A program made the translations under genes and the position numbers. A model generated the notes under the pieces. The model was not told the origin of the DNA and did no database searches. It saw only the letters and a program-made list of their open reading frames with translations. This document shows, one piece after another, positions 8,662 through 23,600 of a stretch of DNA of 64,000 nt (positions are counted from its first letter, which is position 1; every line of letters starts with the position of its first letter). Source of the DNA: Auanema rhodensis (lineage: Eukaryota; Animalia; Nematoda); the NCBI GenBank assembly GCA_964057225.1, contig OZ059900.1:4216001-4280000 (forward strand), in the 5' to 3' direction.

Positions 8662-9505
8662 TACGAATGCCCCCGAATCGTCCCTATTAATCATTAATTC
8701 GACTCTCAAACCAATAAATAGAACCGAAGTCCTCTTTTATTATTCCATGATAGCACATACAAGCAATCGCTTGCTTTGAGCGCTTTGATTTATTCAAAGT
8801 AAACCCGAGCCAGTATACACACCGAAGTACATACACAAAACCGACAAAATAGACACATCTATGATTACCGGCAAGCCGTATCACAGAAAATGCCTCAGAT
8901 CCAACTACGAGCTTTTTAACTACAGCAATAACGTTTTACACTAGTGGAGCTGGAATTACCGCGGCTGCTGGCACCAGACTTGCCCTCCACTGGGTCCTTG
9001 TAGAGCTATTTAAGCTCAGCTCAGTGAAATAATCAATCTAAAAAGATTGATCTTTTTATTTTTAGTTACTATCTCACTGAAGTAGTGGATAAGTTACGCG
9101 CCTGCTGCCTTCCTTGGATGTGGTAGCCGTTTCTAAGGCTCCCTCTCCGGAGTCGAACCCTAATTCTCCGTTACCCGTGATCACCATGGTAAAACTCTAT
9201 ATTACCATCAGGTTGATAGGGCAAACATTAATCTCGAAAAAAGACAGTAAAACCGTCGATTAACTGGGTTATTCAGAGTCAACAAACATTAAATTGGTTT
9301 GTACTAATAACTGCGTTGAACTTGGGAAGAAGAACAACTATTAAGCATGTATTAGCTCCAGAATTACCACAGTTATCCATAGAAATCGAGAAAAATCATA
9401 TCTGCTCTAATGAGCCGTTCGCAGTTTCTCAAAAATAATGAACTTTATACATGCATGGCTTAATCTTTTACTTGAGCATACAGCGCTGACAGAATCAATC
9501 AGATT
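8662..9505 (-). rRNA. 18S rRNA: Partial 18S rRNA (5' half), fused to 28S 3' end
   Basis: Copy of 2202-3045. Confidence 0.96.
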
Positions 9506-9813
9506 CGCAATAGAGAATCCATTATTTCTTACTAAACAATATAAATATCGAGAAGTAGAATAATTTTTTTTTCCCAATTCACCAAAAAAATTAAGAAAGT
9601 TGAAAAATCACACAGAAACGACACATTATAGAAAATATTCACATTTTTCAATGTGAACAAGTAAAATTGCAGATAACGAAAATTATTGTAAAAATTTTCT
9701 CCTGCTACCTTACGATTGTGATATCGTTTCGGTGAATAGTGTAACAATCTTCAGATATTATTTCATAATGTTTATATTCCGATGAAACATTCCAGTAAAA
9801 ATTTTATGTAAAA

Positions 9814-11200
9814 TACTTTTCCTGCAAAAATACACCTACAAACTACTTTTCCTGCAAAATTACACGAAAAAAAATTTTTCCTGCAAAAATACACAAAGAA
9901 AAAGTTTTCATGTATAAATACACGAAAAATAATTTTTCCTGCAAAAATACACAAAGAAAAAGTTTTCATGTATAAATACACAAAGAAAAAGTTTTCATGT
10001 ATAAATACACGAAGAAACTACTTTTCCTGCAAAAATACACAAAGAAAAAGTTTTCATGTATAAATACACGAAAAATAATTTTTCCTGCAAAAATACACGA
10101 AGAAACTACTTTTACCGCAAAAATACACGAAGAAACTACTTTTCCTGCAAAAATACACCTACAAACTACTTTTCCTGCAAAAATACACGAAAAAAAATTT
10201 TTCCTGCAAAAATACACAAAGAAAAAGTTTTCATGTATAAATACACGAAAAAAAATTTTTCCTGCAAAAATACACGAAGAAACTACTTTTCTTGCAAAAA
10301 TACACAAAGAAAAAGTTTTCCTGCAAATATACACGAAAAAAAATTTTTCCTGCAAAAATACACCTACAAACTACTTTTACCGCAAAAATACACGAAGAAA
10401 CTACTTTTCCTGCAAAAATACACCTACAAACTACTTTTCCTGCAAAAATACACGAAAAAAAATTTTTCCTGCAAAAATACACAAAGAAAAAGTTTTCATG
10501 TATAAATACAAGAAAAAAAAGTTTTCATGTATAAATACACGAAGAAACTACTTTTCCTGCAAAAATACACAAAGAAAAAGTTTTCATGTATAAATACACG
10601 AAAAAAAATTTTTCCTGCAAAAATACACGAAGAAACTACTTTTACCGCAAAATTACACGAAGAAACTACTTTTCCTGCAAAAATACACCTACAAATTACA
10701 TTTCCTGCAAAAATACACGAAAAAAAATTTTTCCTGCAAAAATACACAAAGAAAAAGTTTTCATGTATAAATACACGAAAAAAAATTTTTCCTGCAAAAA
10801 TACACGAAGAAACTACTGTTCTTGCAAAAATACACAAAGAAAAAGTTTTCCTGCAAATATACACGAAAAAAAATTTTTCCTGCAAAAATACACAAAAAAA
10901 CATTTTTCCTGCAAAAATACACGAAGAAACTACTTTTCCTGCAAAAATACACAAAGAAAAAGTTTTCATGTATAAATACACGAAAAAAAATTTTTCCTGC
11001 AAAAATACACCAAGAAACTACTTTTCCTGCAAAAATACACAAAAAAAACTTTTTCCTGCAAAAATACACGAAAAAAAATTTTTCCTACAAAAATACACAA
11101 AAAAAAATTTTTCCCTGCAAAAATTCTAAAAAAAAATTTTTCCCTTGTAAAAATTCACTAAAAAATTTTTCTCCCTGCAAAAATGCGAAAAAAAAAAATT
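9814..11200. repeat. 29/30-bp minisatellite block, L* type
   Basis: L block with private CTACTGTT variant at 10818. Confidence 0.95.
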
Positions 11201-12196
11201 TATTCAGAAATACTTCCCCGAAGACATATGGTATCAAAATTTCGTTCCTCTCTCATTTACTTGATTGATTCTGTCAGCGCTGTATGCTCAAGTAAAAGAT
11301 TAAGCCATGCATGTATAAAGTTCATCATTTTTGAGAAACTGCGATAGGCTCACAGCTCAGAGACCAAAAAAATTTCCAAGTCCAAAAAAAATTTTTTTTT
11401 CAACATGTTTTCACGATACTCTCAAAACATTTTTTACACATTTTTAAAGAGTTTTAACATTGGAATTGAGAAACAAAATTTTTTTTTTACTTGATTGATT
11501 CTGTCAGCGCTGTAGCTTTCGTCAAGGATTAAGCCATGCCAACCGCTCACCGACCACAAAAAAATTTTTTTCACGTACTTGATTGATTCTGTCAGCGCTG
11601 TATGCTCAAGTAAAAGATTAAGCCATGCATGTAGAAAGTTGAACTTTTTAAGCCAAACCGCCAACCGACCAAAAATTTTGTCTAGTCAAAAATTATGGAA
11701 ATTTTTGAAAAAATATGCAAATTTTTTTTTTCAAAACTATTTTTCAGAGTAGTCTTATTCTATTTTCTGACTCTTTTTACATGTTTTACACTATATATGA
11801 AATATGTTTTGGAAAATTTCCCGATATGGCTTAATCCTTGAGGAAAGCTACAGCGCTGACAGAATCAATCAAGTAAAATTTGCCATTTTTATCAAAATTT
11901 TTGATTTTTTAAATTAAAATTCTCGGGTGACCATTTATATGCGCTTTTTTTTGAAAAATGGTTCCAATATTCCAATAAAGTATACTTTTTCTTACAAATA
12001 AAGTATACCTTTTCTTACAAATAAAGTATACCTTTTTTAAAATAAGGTATCAATATTGCTATCGCTATATACAATCAATAAAACGTTATTTGAAACAAGA
12101 ATAAGGTATACTTTCAGGTATAAAACAAAACATCCAATCAAAGGATAGTCTCAACAGATCGCAGTTTATAAAGACTGCTCTACTGGATACAACACC

Positions 12197-13040
12197 TACG
12201 AATGCCCCCGAATCGTCCCTATTAATCATTAATTCGACTCTCAAACCAATAAATAGAACCGAAGTCCTCTTTTATTATTCCATGATAGCACATACAAGCA
12301 ATCGCTTGCTTTGAGCGCTTTGATTTATTCAAAGTAAACCCGAGCCAGTATACACACCGAAGTACATACACAAAACCGACAAAATAGACACATCTATGAT
12401 TACCGGCAAGCCGTATCACAGAAAATGCCTCAGATCCAACTACGAGCTTTTTAACTACAGCAATAACGTTTTACACTAGTGGAGCTGGAATTACCGCGGC
12501 TGCTGGCACCAGACTTGCCCTCCACTGGGTCCTTGTAGAGCTATTTAAGCTCAGCTCAGTGAAATAATCAATCTAAAAAGATTGATCTTTTTATTTTTAG
12601 TTACTATCTCACTGAAGTAGTGGATAAGTTACGCGCCTGCTGCCTTCCTTGGATGTGGTAGCCGTTTCTAAGGCTCCCTCTCCGGAGTCGAACCCTAATT
12701 CTCCGTTACCCGTGATCACCATGGTAAAACTCTATATTACCATCAGGTTGATAGGGCAAACATTAATCTCGAAAAAAGACAGTAAAACCGTCGATTAACT
12801 GGGTTATTCAGAGTCAACAAACATTAAATTGGTTTGTACTAATAACTGCGTTGAACTTGGGAAGAAGAACAACTATTAAGCATGTATTAGCTCCAGAATT
12901 ACCACAGTTATCCATAGAAATCGAGAAAAATCATATCTGCTCTAATGAGCCGTTCGCAGTTTCTCAAAAATAATGAACTTTATACATGCATGGCTTAATC
13001 TTTTACTTGAGCATACAGCGCTGACAGAATCAATCAGATT
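12197..13040 (-). rRNA. 18S rRNA: Partial 18S rRNA (5' half), fused to 28S 3' end
   Basis: Copy of 2202-3045. Confidence 0.96.
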
Positions 13041-13348
13041 CGCAATAGAGAATCCATTATTTCTTACTAAACAATATAAATATCGAGAAGTAGAATAATT
13101 TTTTTTTCCCAATTCACCAAAAAAATTAAGAAAGTTGAAAAATCACACAGAAACGACACATTATAGAAAATATTCACATTTTTCAATGTGAACAAGTAAA
13201 ATTGCAGATAACGAAAATTATTGTAAAAATTTTCTCCTGCTACCTTACGATTGTGATATCGTTTCGGTGAATAGTGTAACAATCTTCAGATATTATTTCA
13301 TAATGTTTATATTCCGATGAAACATTCCAGTAAAAATTTTATGTAAAA

Positions 13349-14174
13349 TACTTTTCCTGCAAAAATACACCTACAAACTACTTTTCCTGCAAAATTACAC
13401 GAAAAAAAAATTTTCCTGCAAAAATACACAAAGAAAAAGTTTTCATGTATAAATACACGAAAAATAATTTTTCCTGCAAAAATACACAAAGAAAAAGTTT
13501 TCATGTATAAATACACAAAGAAAAAGTTTTCATGTATAAATACACGAAGAAACTACTTTTCCTGCAAAAATACACAAAGAAAAAGTTTTCATGTATAAAT
13601 ACACGAAAAATAATTTTTCCTGCAAAAATACACAAAGAAAAAGTTTTCATGTATAAATACACAAAGAAAAAGTTTTCATGTATAAATACACGAAGAAACT
13701 ACTTTTCCTGCAAAAATACACAAAGAAAAAGTTTTCATGTATAAATACACGAAAAAAAGTTTTTCCTGCAAAAATACACGAAGAAACTACTTTTACCGCA
13801 AAAATACACGAAGAAACTACTTTTCCTGCAAAAATACACCTACAAATTACATTTCCTGCAAAAATACACGAAAAAAAATTTTTCCTGCAAAAATACACAA
13901 AGAAAAAGTTTTCATGTATAAACACACGAAAAAAAATTTTTCCTGCAAAAATACACGAAGAAACTACTTTTCTTGCAAAAATACACAAAGAAAAAGTTTT
14001 CCTGCAAATATACACGAAAAAAAATTTTTCCTGCAAAAATACACGAAAAAAAATTTTTCCTGCAAAAATACACGAAAAAAAATTTTTCCTACAAAAATTC
14101 TAAAAAAAAATTTTTCCCTTGTAAAAATTCACTAAAAAATTTTTCTCCCTGCAAAAATGCGAAAAAAAAAAATT
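13349..14174. repeat. 29/30-bp minisatellite block, S type
   Basis: Contains 146-bp sub-repeat. Confidence 0.95.
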
Positions 14175-15151
14175 TATTCAGAAATACTTCCCCGAAGACA
14201 TATGGTATCAAAATTTCGTTCCTCTCTCATTTACTTGATTGATTCTGTCAGCGCTGTATGCTCAAGTAAAAGATTAAGCCATGCATGTATAAAGTTCATC
14301 ATTTTTGAGAAACTGCGATAGGCTCACAGCTCAGAGACCAAAAAAATTTTTTTTTCAACATGTTTTCACGATACTCTCAAAACATTTTTTACACATTTTT
14401 AAAGAGTTTTAACATTGGAATTGAGAAACAAAATTTTTTTTTTACTTGATTGATTCTGTCAGCGCTGTAGCTTTCGTCAAGGATTAAGCCATGCCAACCG
14501 GTCACCGACCACAAAAAAATTTTTTTCACGTACTTGATTGATTCTGTCAGCGCTGTATGCTCAAGTAAAAGATTAAGCCATGCATGTAGAAAGTTGAACT
14601 TTTTAAGCCAAACCGCCAACCGACCAAAAATTTTGTCTAGTCAAAAATTATGGAAATTTTTGAAAAAATATGCAAATTTTTTTTTTCAAAACTATTTTTC
14701 AGAGTAGTCTTATTCTATTTTCTGACTCTTTTTACATATTTTACACTATATATGAAATATGTTTTGGAAAATTTCCCGATATGGCTTAATCCTTGAGGAA
14801 AGTTACAGCGCTGACAGAATCAATCAAGTAAAATTTGCCATTTTTATCAAAATTTTTGATTTTTTAAATTAAAATTCTCGGGTGACCATTTATATGCGCT
14901 TTTTTTTGAAAAATGGTTCCAATATTCCAATAAAGTATACTTTTTCTTACAAATAAAGTATACCTTTTCTTACAAATAAAGTATACCTTTTTTAAAATAA
15001 GGTATCAATATTGCTATCGCTATATACAATCAATAAAACGTTATTTGAAACAAGAATAAGGTATACTTTCAGGTATAAAACAAAACATCCAATCAAAGGA
15101 TAGTCTCAACAGATCGCAGTTTATAAAGACTGCTCTACTGGATACAACACC

Positions 15152-15995
15152 TACGAATGCCCCCGAATCGTCCCTATTAATCATTAATTCGACTCTCAAA
15201 CCAATAAATAGAACCGAAGTCCTCTTTTATTATTCCATGATAGCACATACAAGCAATCGCTTGCTTTGAGCGCTTTGATTTATTCAAAGTAAACCCGAGC
15301 CAGTATACACACCGAAGTACATACACAAAACCGACAAAATAGACACATCTATGATTACCGGCAAGCCGTATCACAGAAAATGCCTCAGATCCAACTACGA
15401 GCTTTTTAACTACAGCAATAACGTTTTACACTAGTGGAGCTGGAATTACCGCGGCTGCTGGCACCAGACTTGCCCTCCACTGGGTCCTTGTAGAGCTATT
15501 TAAGCTCAGCTCAGTGAAATAATCAATCTAAAAAGATTGATCTTTTTATTTTTAGTTACTATCTCACTGAAGTAGTGGATAAGTTACGCGCCTGCTGCCT
15601 TCCTTGGATGTGGTAGCCGTTTCTAAGGCTCCCTCTCCGGAGTCGAACCCTAATTCTCCGTTACCCGTGATCACCATGGTAAAACTCTATATTACCATCA
15701 GGTTGATAGGGCAAACATTAATCTCGAAAAAAGACAGTAAAACCGTCGATTAACTGGGTTATTCAGAGTCAACAAACATTAAATTGGTTTGTACTAATAA
15801 CTGCGTTGAACTTGGGAAGAAGAACAACTATTAAGCATGTATTAGCTCCAGAATTACCACAGTTATCCATAGAAATCGAGAAAAATCATATCTGCTCTAA
15901 TGAGCCGTTCGCAGTTTCTCAAAAATAATGAACTTTATACATGCATGGCTTAATCTTTTACTTGAGCATACAGCGCTGACAGAATCAATCAGATT
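15152..15995 (-). rRNA. 18S rRNA: Partial 18S rRNA (5' half), fused to 28S 3' end
   Basis: Copy of 2202-3045. Confidence 0.96.
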
Positions 15996-16303
15996 CGCAA
16001 TAGAGAATCCATTATTTCTTACTAAACAATATAAATATCGAGAAGTAGAATAATTTTTTTTTCCCAATTCACCAAAAAAATTAAGAAAGTTGAAAAATCA
16101 CACAGAAACGACACATTATAGAAAATATTCACATTTTTCAATGTGAACAAGTAAAATTGCAGATAACGAAAATTATTGTAAAAATTTTCTCCTGCTACCT
16201 TACGATTGTGATATCGTTTCGGTGAATAGTGTAACAATCTTCAGATATTATTTCATAATGTTTATATTCCGATGAAACATTCCAGTAAAAATTTTATGTA
16301 AAA

Positions 16304-17129
16304 TACTTTTCCTGCAAAAATACACCTACAAACTACTTTTCCTGCAAAATTACACGAAAAAAAAATTTTCCTGCAAAAATACACAAAGAAAAAGTTTTCA
16401 TGTATAAATACACGAAAAATAATTTTTCCTGCAAAAATACACAAAGAAAAAGTTTTCATGTATAAATACACAAAGAAAAAGTTTTCATGTATAAATACAC
16501 GAAGAAACTACTTTTCCTGCAAAAATACACAAAGAAAAAGTTTTCATGTATAAATACACGAAAAATAATTTTTCCTGCAAAAATACACAAAGAAAAAGTT
16601 TTCATGTATAAATACACAAAGAAAAAGTTTTCATGTATAAATACACGAAGAAACTACTTTTCCTGCAAAAATACACAAAGAAAAAGTTTTCATGTATAAA
16701 TACACGAAAAAAAGTTTTTCCTGCAAAAATACACGAAGAAACTACTTTTACCGCAAAAATACACGAAGAAACTACTTTTCCTGCAAAAATACACCTACAA
16801 ATTACATTTCCTGCAAAAATACACGAAAAAAAATTTTTCCTGCAAAAATACACAAAGAAAAAGTTTTCATGTATAAACACACGAAAAAAAATTTTTCCTG
16901 CAAAAATACACGAAGAAACTACTTTTCTTGCAAAAATACACAAAGAAAAAGTTTTCCTGCAAATATACACGAAAAAAAATTTTTCCTGCAAAAATACACG
17001 AAAAAAAATTTTTCCTGCAAAAATACACGAAAAAAAATTTTTCCTACAAAAATTCTAAAAAAAAATTTTTCCCTTGTAAAAATTCACTAAAAAATTTTTC
17101 TCCCTGCAAAAATGCGAAAAAAAAAAATT
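16304..17129. repeat. 29/30-bp minisatellite block, S type
   Basis: Same as 13349-14174. Confidence 0.95.
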
Positions 17130-18106
17130 TATTCAGAAATACTTCCCCGAAGACATATGGTATCAAAATTTCGTTCCTCTCTCATTTACTTGATTGATTC
17201 TGTCAGCGCTGTATGCTCAAGTAAAAGATTAAGCCATGCATGTATAAAGTTCATCATTTTTGAGAAACTGCGATAGGCTCACAGCTCAGAGACCAAAAAA
17301 ATTTTTTTTTCAACATGTTTTCACGATACTCTCAAAACATTTTTTACACATTTTTAAAGAGTTTTAACATTGGAATTGAGAAACAAAATTTTTTTTTTAC
17401 TTGATTGATTCTGTCAGCGCTGTAGCTTTCGTCAAGGATTAAGCCATGCCAACCGGTCACCGACCACAAAAAAATTTTTTTCACGTACTTGATTGATTCT
17501 GTCAGCGCTGTATGCTCAAGTAAAAGATTAAGCCATGCATGTAGAAAGTTGAACTTTTTAAGCCAAACCGCCAACCGACCAAAAATTTTGTCTAGTCAAA
17601 AATTATGGAAATTTTTGAAAAAATATGCAAATTTTTTTTTTCAAAACTATTTTTCAGAGTAGTCTTATTCTATTTTCTGACTCTTTTTACATATTTTACA
17701 CTATATATGAAATATGTTTTGGAAAATTTCCCGATATGGCTTAATCCTTGAGGAAAGTTACAGCGCTGACAGAATCAATCAAGTAAAATTTGCCATTTTT
17801 ATCAAAATTTTTGATTTTTTAAATTAAAATTCTCGGGTGACCATTTATATGCGCTTTTTTTTGAAAAATGGTTCCAATATTCCAATAAAGTATACTTTTT
17901 CTTACAAATAAAGTATACCTTTTCTTACAAATAAAGTATACCTTTTTTAAAATAAGGTATCAATATTGCTATCGCTATATACAATCAATAAAACGTTATT
18001 TGAAACAAGAATAAGGTATACTTTCAGGTATAAAACAAAACATCCAATCAAAGGATAGTCTCAACAGATCGCAGTTTATAAAGACTGCTCTACTGGATAC
18101 AACACC

Positions 18107-18950
18107 TACGAATGCCCCCGAATCGTCCCTATTAATCATTAATTCGACTCTCAAACCAATAAATAGAACCGAAGTCCTCTTTTATTATTCCATGATAGCA
18201 CATACAAGCAATCGCTTGCTTTGAGCGCTTTGATTTATTCAAAGTAAACCCGAGCCAGTATACACACCGAAGTACATACACAAAACCGACAAAATAGACA
18301 CATCTATGATTACCGGCAAGCCGTATCACAGAAAATGCCTCAGATCCAACTACGAGCTTTTTAACTACAGCAATAACGTTTTACACTAGTGGAGCTGGAA
18401 TTACCGCGGCTGCTGGCACCAGACTTGCCCTCCACTGGGTCCTTGTAGAGCTATTTAAGCTCAGCTCAGTGAAATGATCAATCTAAAAAGATTGATCTTT
18501 TTATTTTTAGTTACTATCTCACTGAAGTAGTGGATAAGTTACGCGCCTGCTGCCTTCCTTGGATGTGGTAGCCGTTTCTAAGGCTCCCTCTCCGGAGTCG
18601 AACCCTAATTCTCCGTTACCCGTGATCACCATGGTAAAACTCTATATTACCATCAGGTTGATAGGGCAAACATTAATCTCGAAAAAAGACAGTAAAACCG
18701 TCGATTAACTGGGTTATTCAGAGTCAACAAACATTAAATTGGTTTGTACTAATAACTGCGTTGAACTTGGGAAGAAGAACAACTATTAAGCATGTATTAG
18801 CTCCAGAATTACCACAGTTATCCATAGAAATCGAGAAAAATCATATCTGCTCTAATGAGCCGTTCGCAGTTTCTCAAAAATAATGAACTTTATACATGCA
18901 TGGCTTAATCTTTTACTTGAGCATACAGCGCTGACAGAATCAATCAGATT
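18107..18950 (-). rRNA. 18S rRNA: Partial 18S rRNA (5' half), fused to 28S 3' end
   Basis: Copy of 2202-3045 with SNP at 18476. Confidence 0.96.
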
Positions 18951-19258
18951 CGCAATAGAGAATCCATTATTTCTTACTAAACAATATAAATATCGAGAAG
19001 TAGAATAATTTTTTTTTCCCAATTCACCAAAAAAATTAAGAAAGTTGAAAAATCACACAGAAACGACACATTATAGAAAATATTCACATTTTTCAATGTG
19101 AACAAGTAAAATTGCAGATAACGAAAATTATTGTAAAAATTTTCTCCTGCTACCTTACGATTGTGATATCGTTTCGGTGAATAGTGTAACAATCTTCAGA
19201 TATTATTTCATAATGTTTATATTCCGATGAAACATTCCAGTAAAAATTTTATGTAAAA

Positions 19259-20084
19259 TACTTTTCCTGCAAAAATACACCTACAAACTACTTTTCCTGC
19301 AAAATTACACGAAAAAAAATTTTTCCTGCAAAAATACACAAAGAAAAAGTTTTCATGTATAAATACACGAAAAATAATTTTTCCTGCAAAAATACACAAA
19401 GAAAAAGTTTTCATGTATAAATACACAAAGAAAAAGTTTTCATGTATAAATACACGAAGAAACTACTTTTCCTGCAAAAATACACAAAGAAAAAGTTTTC
19501 ATGTATAAATACACGAAAAATAATTTTTCCTGCAAAAATACACAAAGAAAAAGTTTTCATGTATAAATACACAAAGAAAAAGTTTTCATGTATAAATACA
19601 CGAAGAAACTACTTTTCCTGCAAAAATACACAAAGAAAAAGTTTTCATGTATAAATACACGAAAAAAAGTTTTTCCTGCAAAAATACACGAAGAAACTAC
19701 TTTTACCGCAAAAATACACGAAGAAACTACTTTTCCTGCAAAAATACACCTACAAATTACATTTCCTGCAAAAATACACGAAAAAAAATTTTTCCTGCAA
19801 AAATACACAAAGAAAAAGTTTTCATGTATAAACACACGAAAAAAAATTTTTCCTGCAAAAATACACGAAGAAACTACTTTTCTTGCAAAAATACACAAAG
19901 AAAAAGTTTTCCTGCAAATATACACGAAAAAAAATTTTTCCTGCAAAAATACACGAAAAAAAATTTTTCCTGCAAAAATACACGAAAAAAAATTTTTCCT
20001 ACAAAAATTCTAAAAAAAAATTTTTCCCTTGTAAAAATTCACTAAAAAATTTTTCTCCCTGCAAAAATGCGAAAAAAAAAAATT
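19259..20084. repeat. 29/30-bp minisatellite block, S type
   Basis: Same monomer order as other S blocks. Confidence 0.95.
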
Positions 20085-21061
20085 TATTCAGAAATACTTC
20101 CCCGAAGACATATGGTATCAAAATTTCGTTCCTCTCTCATTTACTTGATTGATTCTGTCAGCGCTGTATGCTCAAGTAAAAGATTAAGCCATGCATGTAT
20201 AAAGTTCATCATTTTTGAGAAACTGCGATAGGCTCACAGCTCAGAGACCAAAAAAATTTTTTTTTCAACATGTTTTCACGATACTCTCAAAACATTTTTT
20301 ACACATTTTTAAAGAGTTTTAACATTGGAATTGAGAAACAAAATTTTTTTTTTACTTGATTGATTCTGTCAGCGCTGTAGCTTTCGTCAAGGATTAAGCC
20401 ATGCCAACCGGTCACCGACCACAAAAAAATTTTTTTCACGTACTTGATTGATTCTGTCAGCGCTGTATGCTCAAGTAAAAGATTAAGCCATGCATGTAGA
20501 AAGTTGAACTTTTTAAGCCAAACCGCCAACCGACCAAAAATTTTGTCTAGTCAAAAATTATGGAAATTTTTGAAAAAATATGCAAATTTTTTTTTTCAAA
20601 ACTATTTTTCAGAGTAGTCTTATTCTATTTTCTGACTCTTTTTACATATTTTACACTATATATGAAATATGTTTTGGAAAATTTCCCGATATGGCTTAAT
20701 CCTTGAGGAAAGTTACAGCGCTGACAGAATCAATCAAGTAAAATTTGCCATTTTTATCAAAATTTTTGATTTTTTAAATTAAAATTCTCGGGTGACCATT
20801 TATATGCGCTTTTTTTTGAAAAATGGTTCCAATATTCCAATAAAGTATACTTTTTCTTACAAATAAAGTATACCTTTTCTTACAAATAAAGTATACCTTT
20901 TTTAAAATAAGGTATCAATATTGCTATCGCTATATACAATCAATAAAACGTTATTTGAAACAAGAATAAGGTATACTTTCAGGTATAAAACAAAACATCC
21001 AATCAAAGGATAGTCTCAACAGATCGCAGTTTATAAAGACTGCTCTACTGGATACAACACC

Positions 21062-21905
21062 TACGAATGCCCCCGAATCGTCCCTATTAATCATTAATTC
21101 GACTCTCAAACCAATAAATAGAACCGAAGTCCTCTTTTATTATTCCATGATAGCACATACAAGCAATCGCTTGCTTTGAGCGCTTTGATTTATTCAAAGT
21201 AAACCCGAGCCAGTATACACACCGAAGTACATACACAAAACCGACAAAATAGACACATCTATGATTACCGGCAAGCCGTATCACAGAAAATGCCTCAGAT
21301 CCAACTACGAGCTTTTTAACTACAGCAATAACGTTTTACACTAGTGGAGCTGGAATTACCGCGGCTGCTGGCACCAGACTTGCCCTCCACTGGGTCCTTG
21401 TAGAGCTATTTAAGCTCAGCTCAGTGAAATGATCAATCTAAAAAGATTGATCTTTTTATTTTTAGTTACTATCTCACTGAAGTAGTGGATAAGTTACGCG
21501 CCTGCTGCCTTCCTTGGATGTGGTAGCCGTTTCTAAGGCTCCCTCTCCGGAGTCGAACCCTAATTCTCCGTTACCCGTGATCACCATGGTAAAACTCTAT
21601 ATTACCATCAGGTTGATAGGGCAAACATTAATCTCGAAAAAAGACAGTAAAACCGTCGATTAACTGGGTTATTCAGAGTCAACAAACATTAAATTGGTTT
21701 GTACTAATAACTGCGTTGAACTTGGGAAGAAGAACAACTATTAAGCATGTATTAGCTCCAGAATTACCACAGTTATCCATAGAAATCGAGAAAAATCATA
21801 TCTGCTCTAATGAGCCGTTCGCAGTTTCTCAAAAATAATGAACTTTATACATGCATGGCTTAATCTTTTACTTGAGCATACAGCGCTGACAGAATCAATC
21901 AGATT
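21062..21905 (-). rRNA. 18S rRNA: Partial 18S rRNA (5' half), fused to 28S 3' end
   Basis: Copy of 2202-3045 with SNP at 21431. Confidence 0.96.
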
Positions 21906-22213
21906 CGCAATAGAGAATCCATTATTTCTTACTAAACAATATAAATATCGAGAAGTAGAATAATTTTTTTTTCCCAATTCACCAAAAAAATTAAGAAAGT
22001 TGAAAAATCACACAGAAACGACACATTATAGAAAATATTCACATTTTTCAATGTGAACAAGTAAAATTGCAGATAACGAAAATTATTGTAAAAATTTTCT
22101 CCTGCTACCTTACGATTGTGATATCGTTTCGGTGAATAGTGTAACAATCTTCAGATATTATTTCATAATGTTTATATTCCGATGAAACATTCCAGTAAAA
22201 ATTTTATGTAAAA

Positions 22214-23600
22214 TACTTTTCCTGCAAAAATACACCTACAAACTACTTTTCCTGCAAAATTACACGAAAAAAAATTTTTCCTGCAAAAATACACAAAGAA
22301 AAAGTTTTCATGTATAAATACACGAAAAATAATTTTTCCTGCAAAAATACACAAAGAAAAAGTTTTCATGTATAAATACACAAAGAAAAAGTTTTCATGT
22401 ATAAATACACGAAGAAACTACTTTTCCTGCAAAAATACACAAAGAAAAAGTTTTCATGTATAAATACACGAAAAATAATTTTTCCTGCAAAAATACACGA
22501 AGAAACTACTTTTACCGCAAAAATACACGAAGAAACTACTTTTCCTGCAAAAATACACCTACAAACTACTTTTCCTGCAAAAATACACGAAAAAAAATTT
22601 TTCCTGCAAAAATACACAAAGAAAAAGTTTTCATGTATAAATACACGAAAAAAAATTTTTCCTGCAAAAATACACGAAGAAACTACTTTTCTTGCAAAAA
22701 TACACAAAGAAAAAGTTTTCCTGCAAATATACACGAAAAAAAATTTTTCCTGCAAAAATACACCTACAAACTACTTTTACCGCAAAAATACACGAAGAAA
22801 CTACTTTTCCTGCAAAAATACACCTACAAACTACTTTTCCTGCAAAAATACACGAAAAAAAATTTTTCCTGCAAAAATACACAAAGAAAAAGTTTTCATG
22901 TATAAATACAAGAAAAAAAAGTTTTCATGTATAAATACACGAAGAAACTACTTTTCCTGCAAAAATACACAAAGAAAAAGTTTTCATGTATAAATACACG
23001 AAAAAAAATTTTTCCTGCAAAAATACACGAAGAAACTACTTTTACCGCAAAATTACACGAAGAAACTACTTTTCCTGCAAAAATACACCTACAAATTACA
23101 TTTCCTGCAAAAATACACGAAAAAAAATTTTTCCTGCAAAAATACACAAAGAAAAAGTTTTCATGTATAAATACACGAAAAAAAATTTTTCCTGCAAAAA
23201 TACACGAAGAAACTACTTTTCTTGCAAAAATACACAAAGAAAAAGTTTTCCTGCAAATATACACGAAAAAAAATTTTTCCTGCAAAAATACACAAAAAAA
23301 CATTTTTCCTGCAAAAATACACGAAGAAACTACTTTTCCTGCAAAAATACACAAAGAAAAAGTTTTCATGTATAAATACACGAAAAAAAATTTTTCCTGC
23401 AAAAATACACCAAGAAACTACTTTTCCTGCAAAAATACACAAAAAAAACTTTTTCCTGCAAAAATACACGAAAAAAAATTTTTCCTACAAAAATACACAA
23501 AAAAAAATTTTTCCCTGCAAAAATTCTAAAAAAAAATTTTTCCCTTGTAAAAATTCACTAAAAAATTTTTCTCCCTGCAAAAATGCGAAAAAAAAAAATT
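22214..23600. repeat. 29/30-bp minisatellite block, L type
   Basis: Same monomer order as 3354-4740. Confidence 0.95.
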
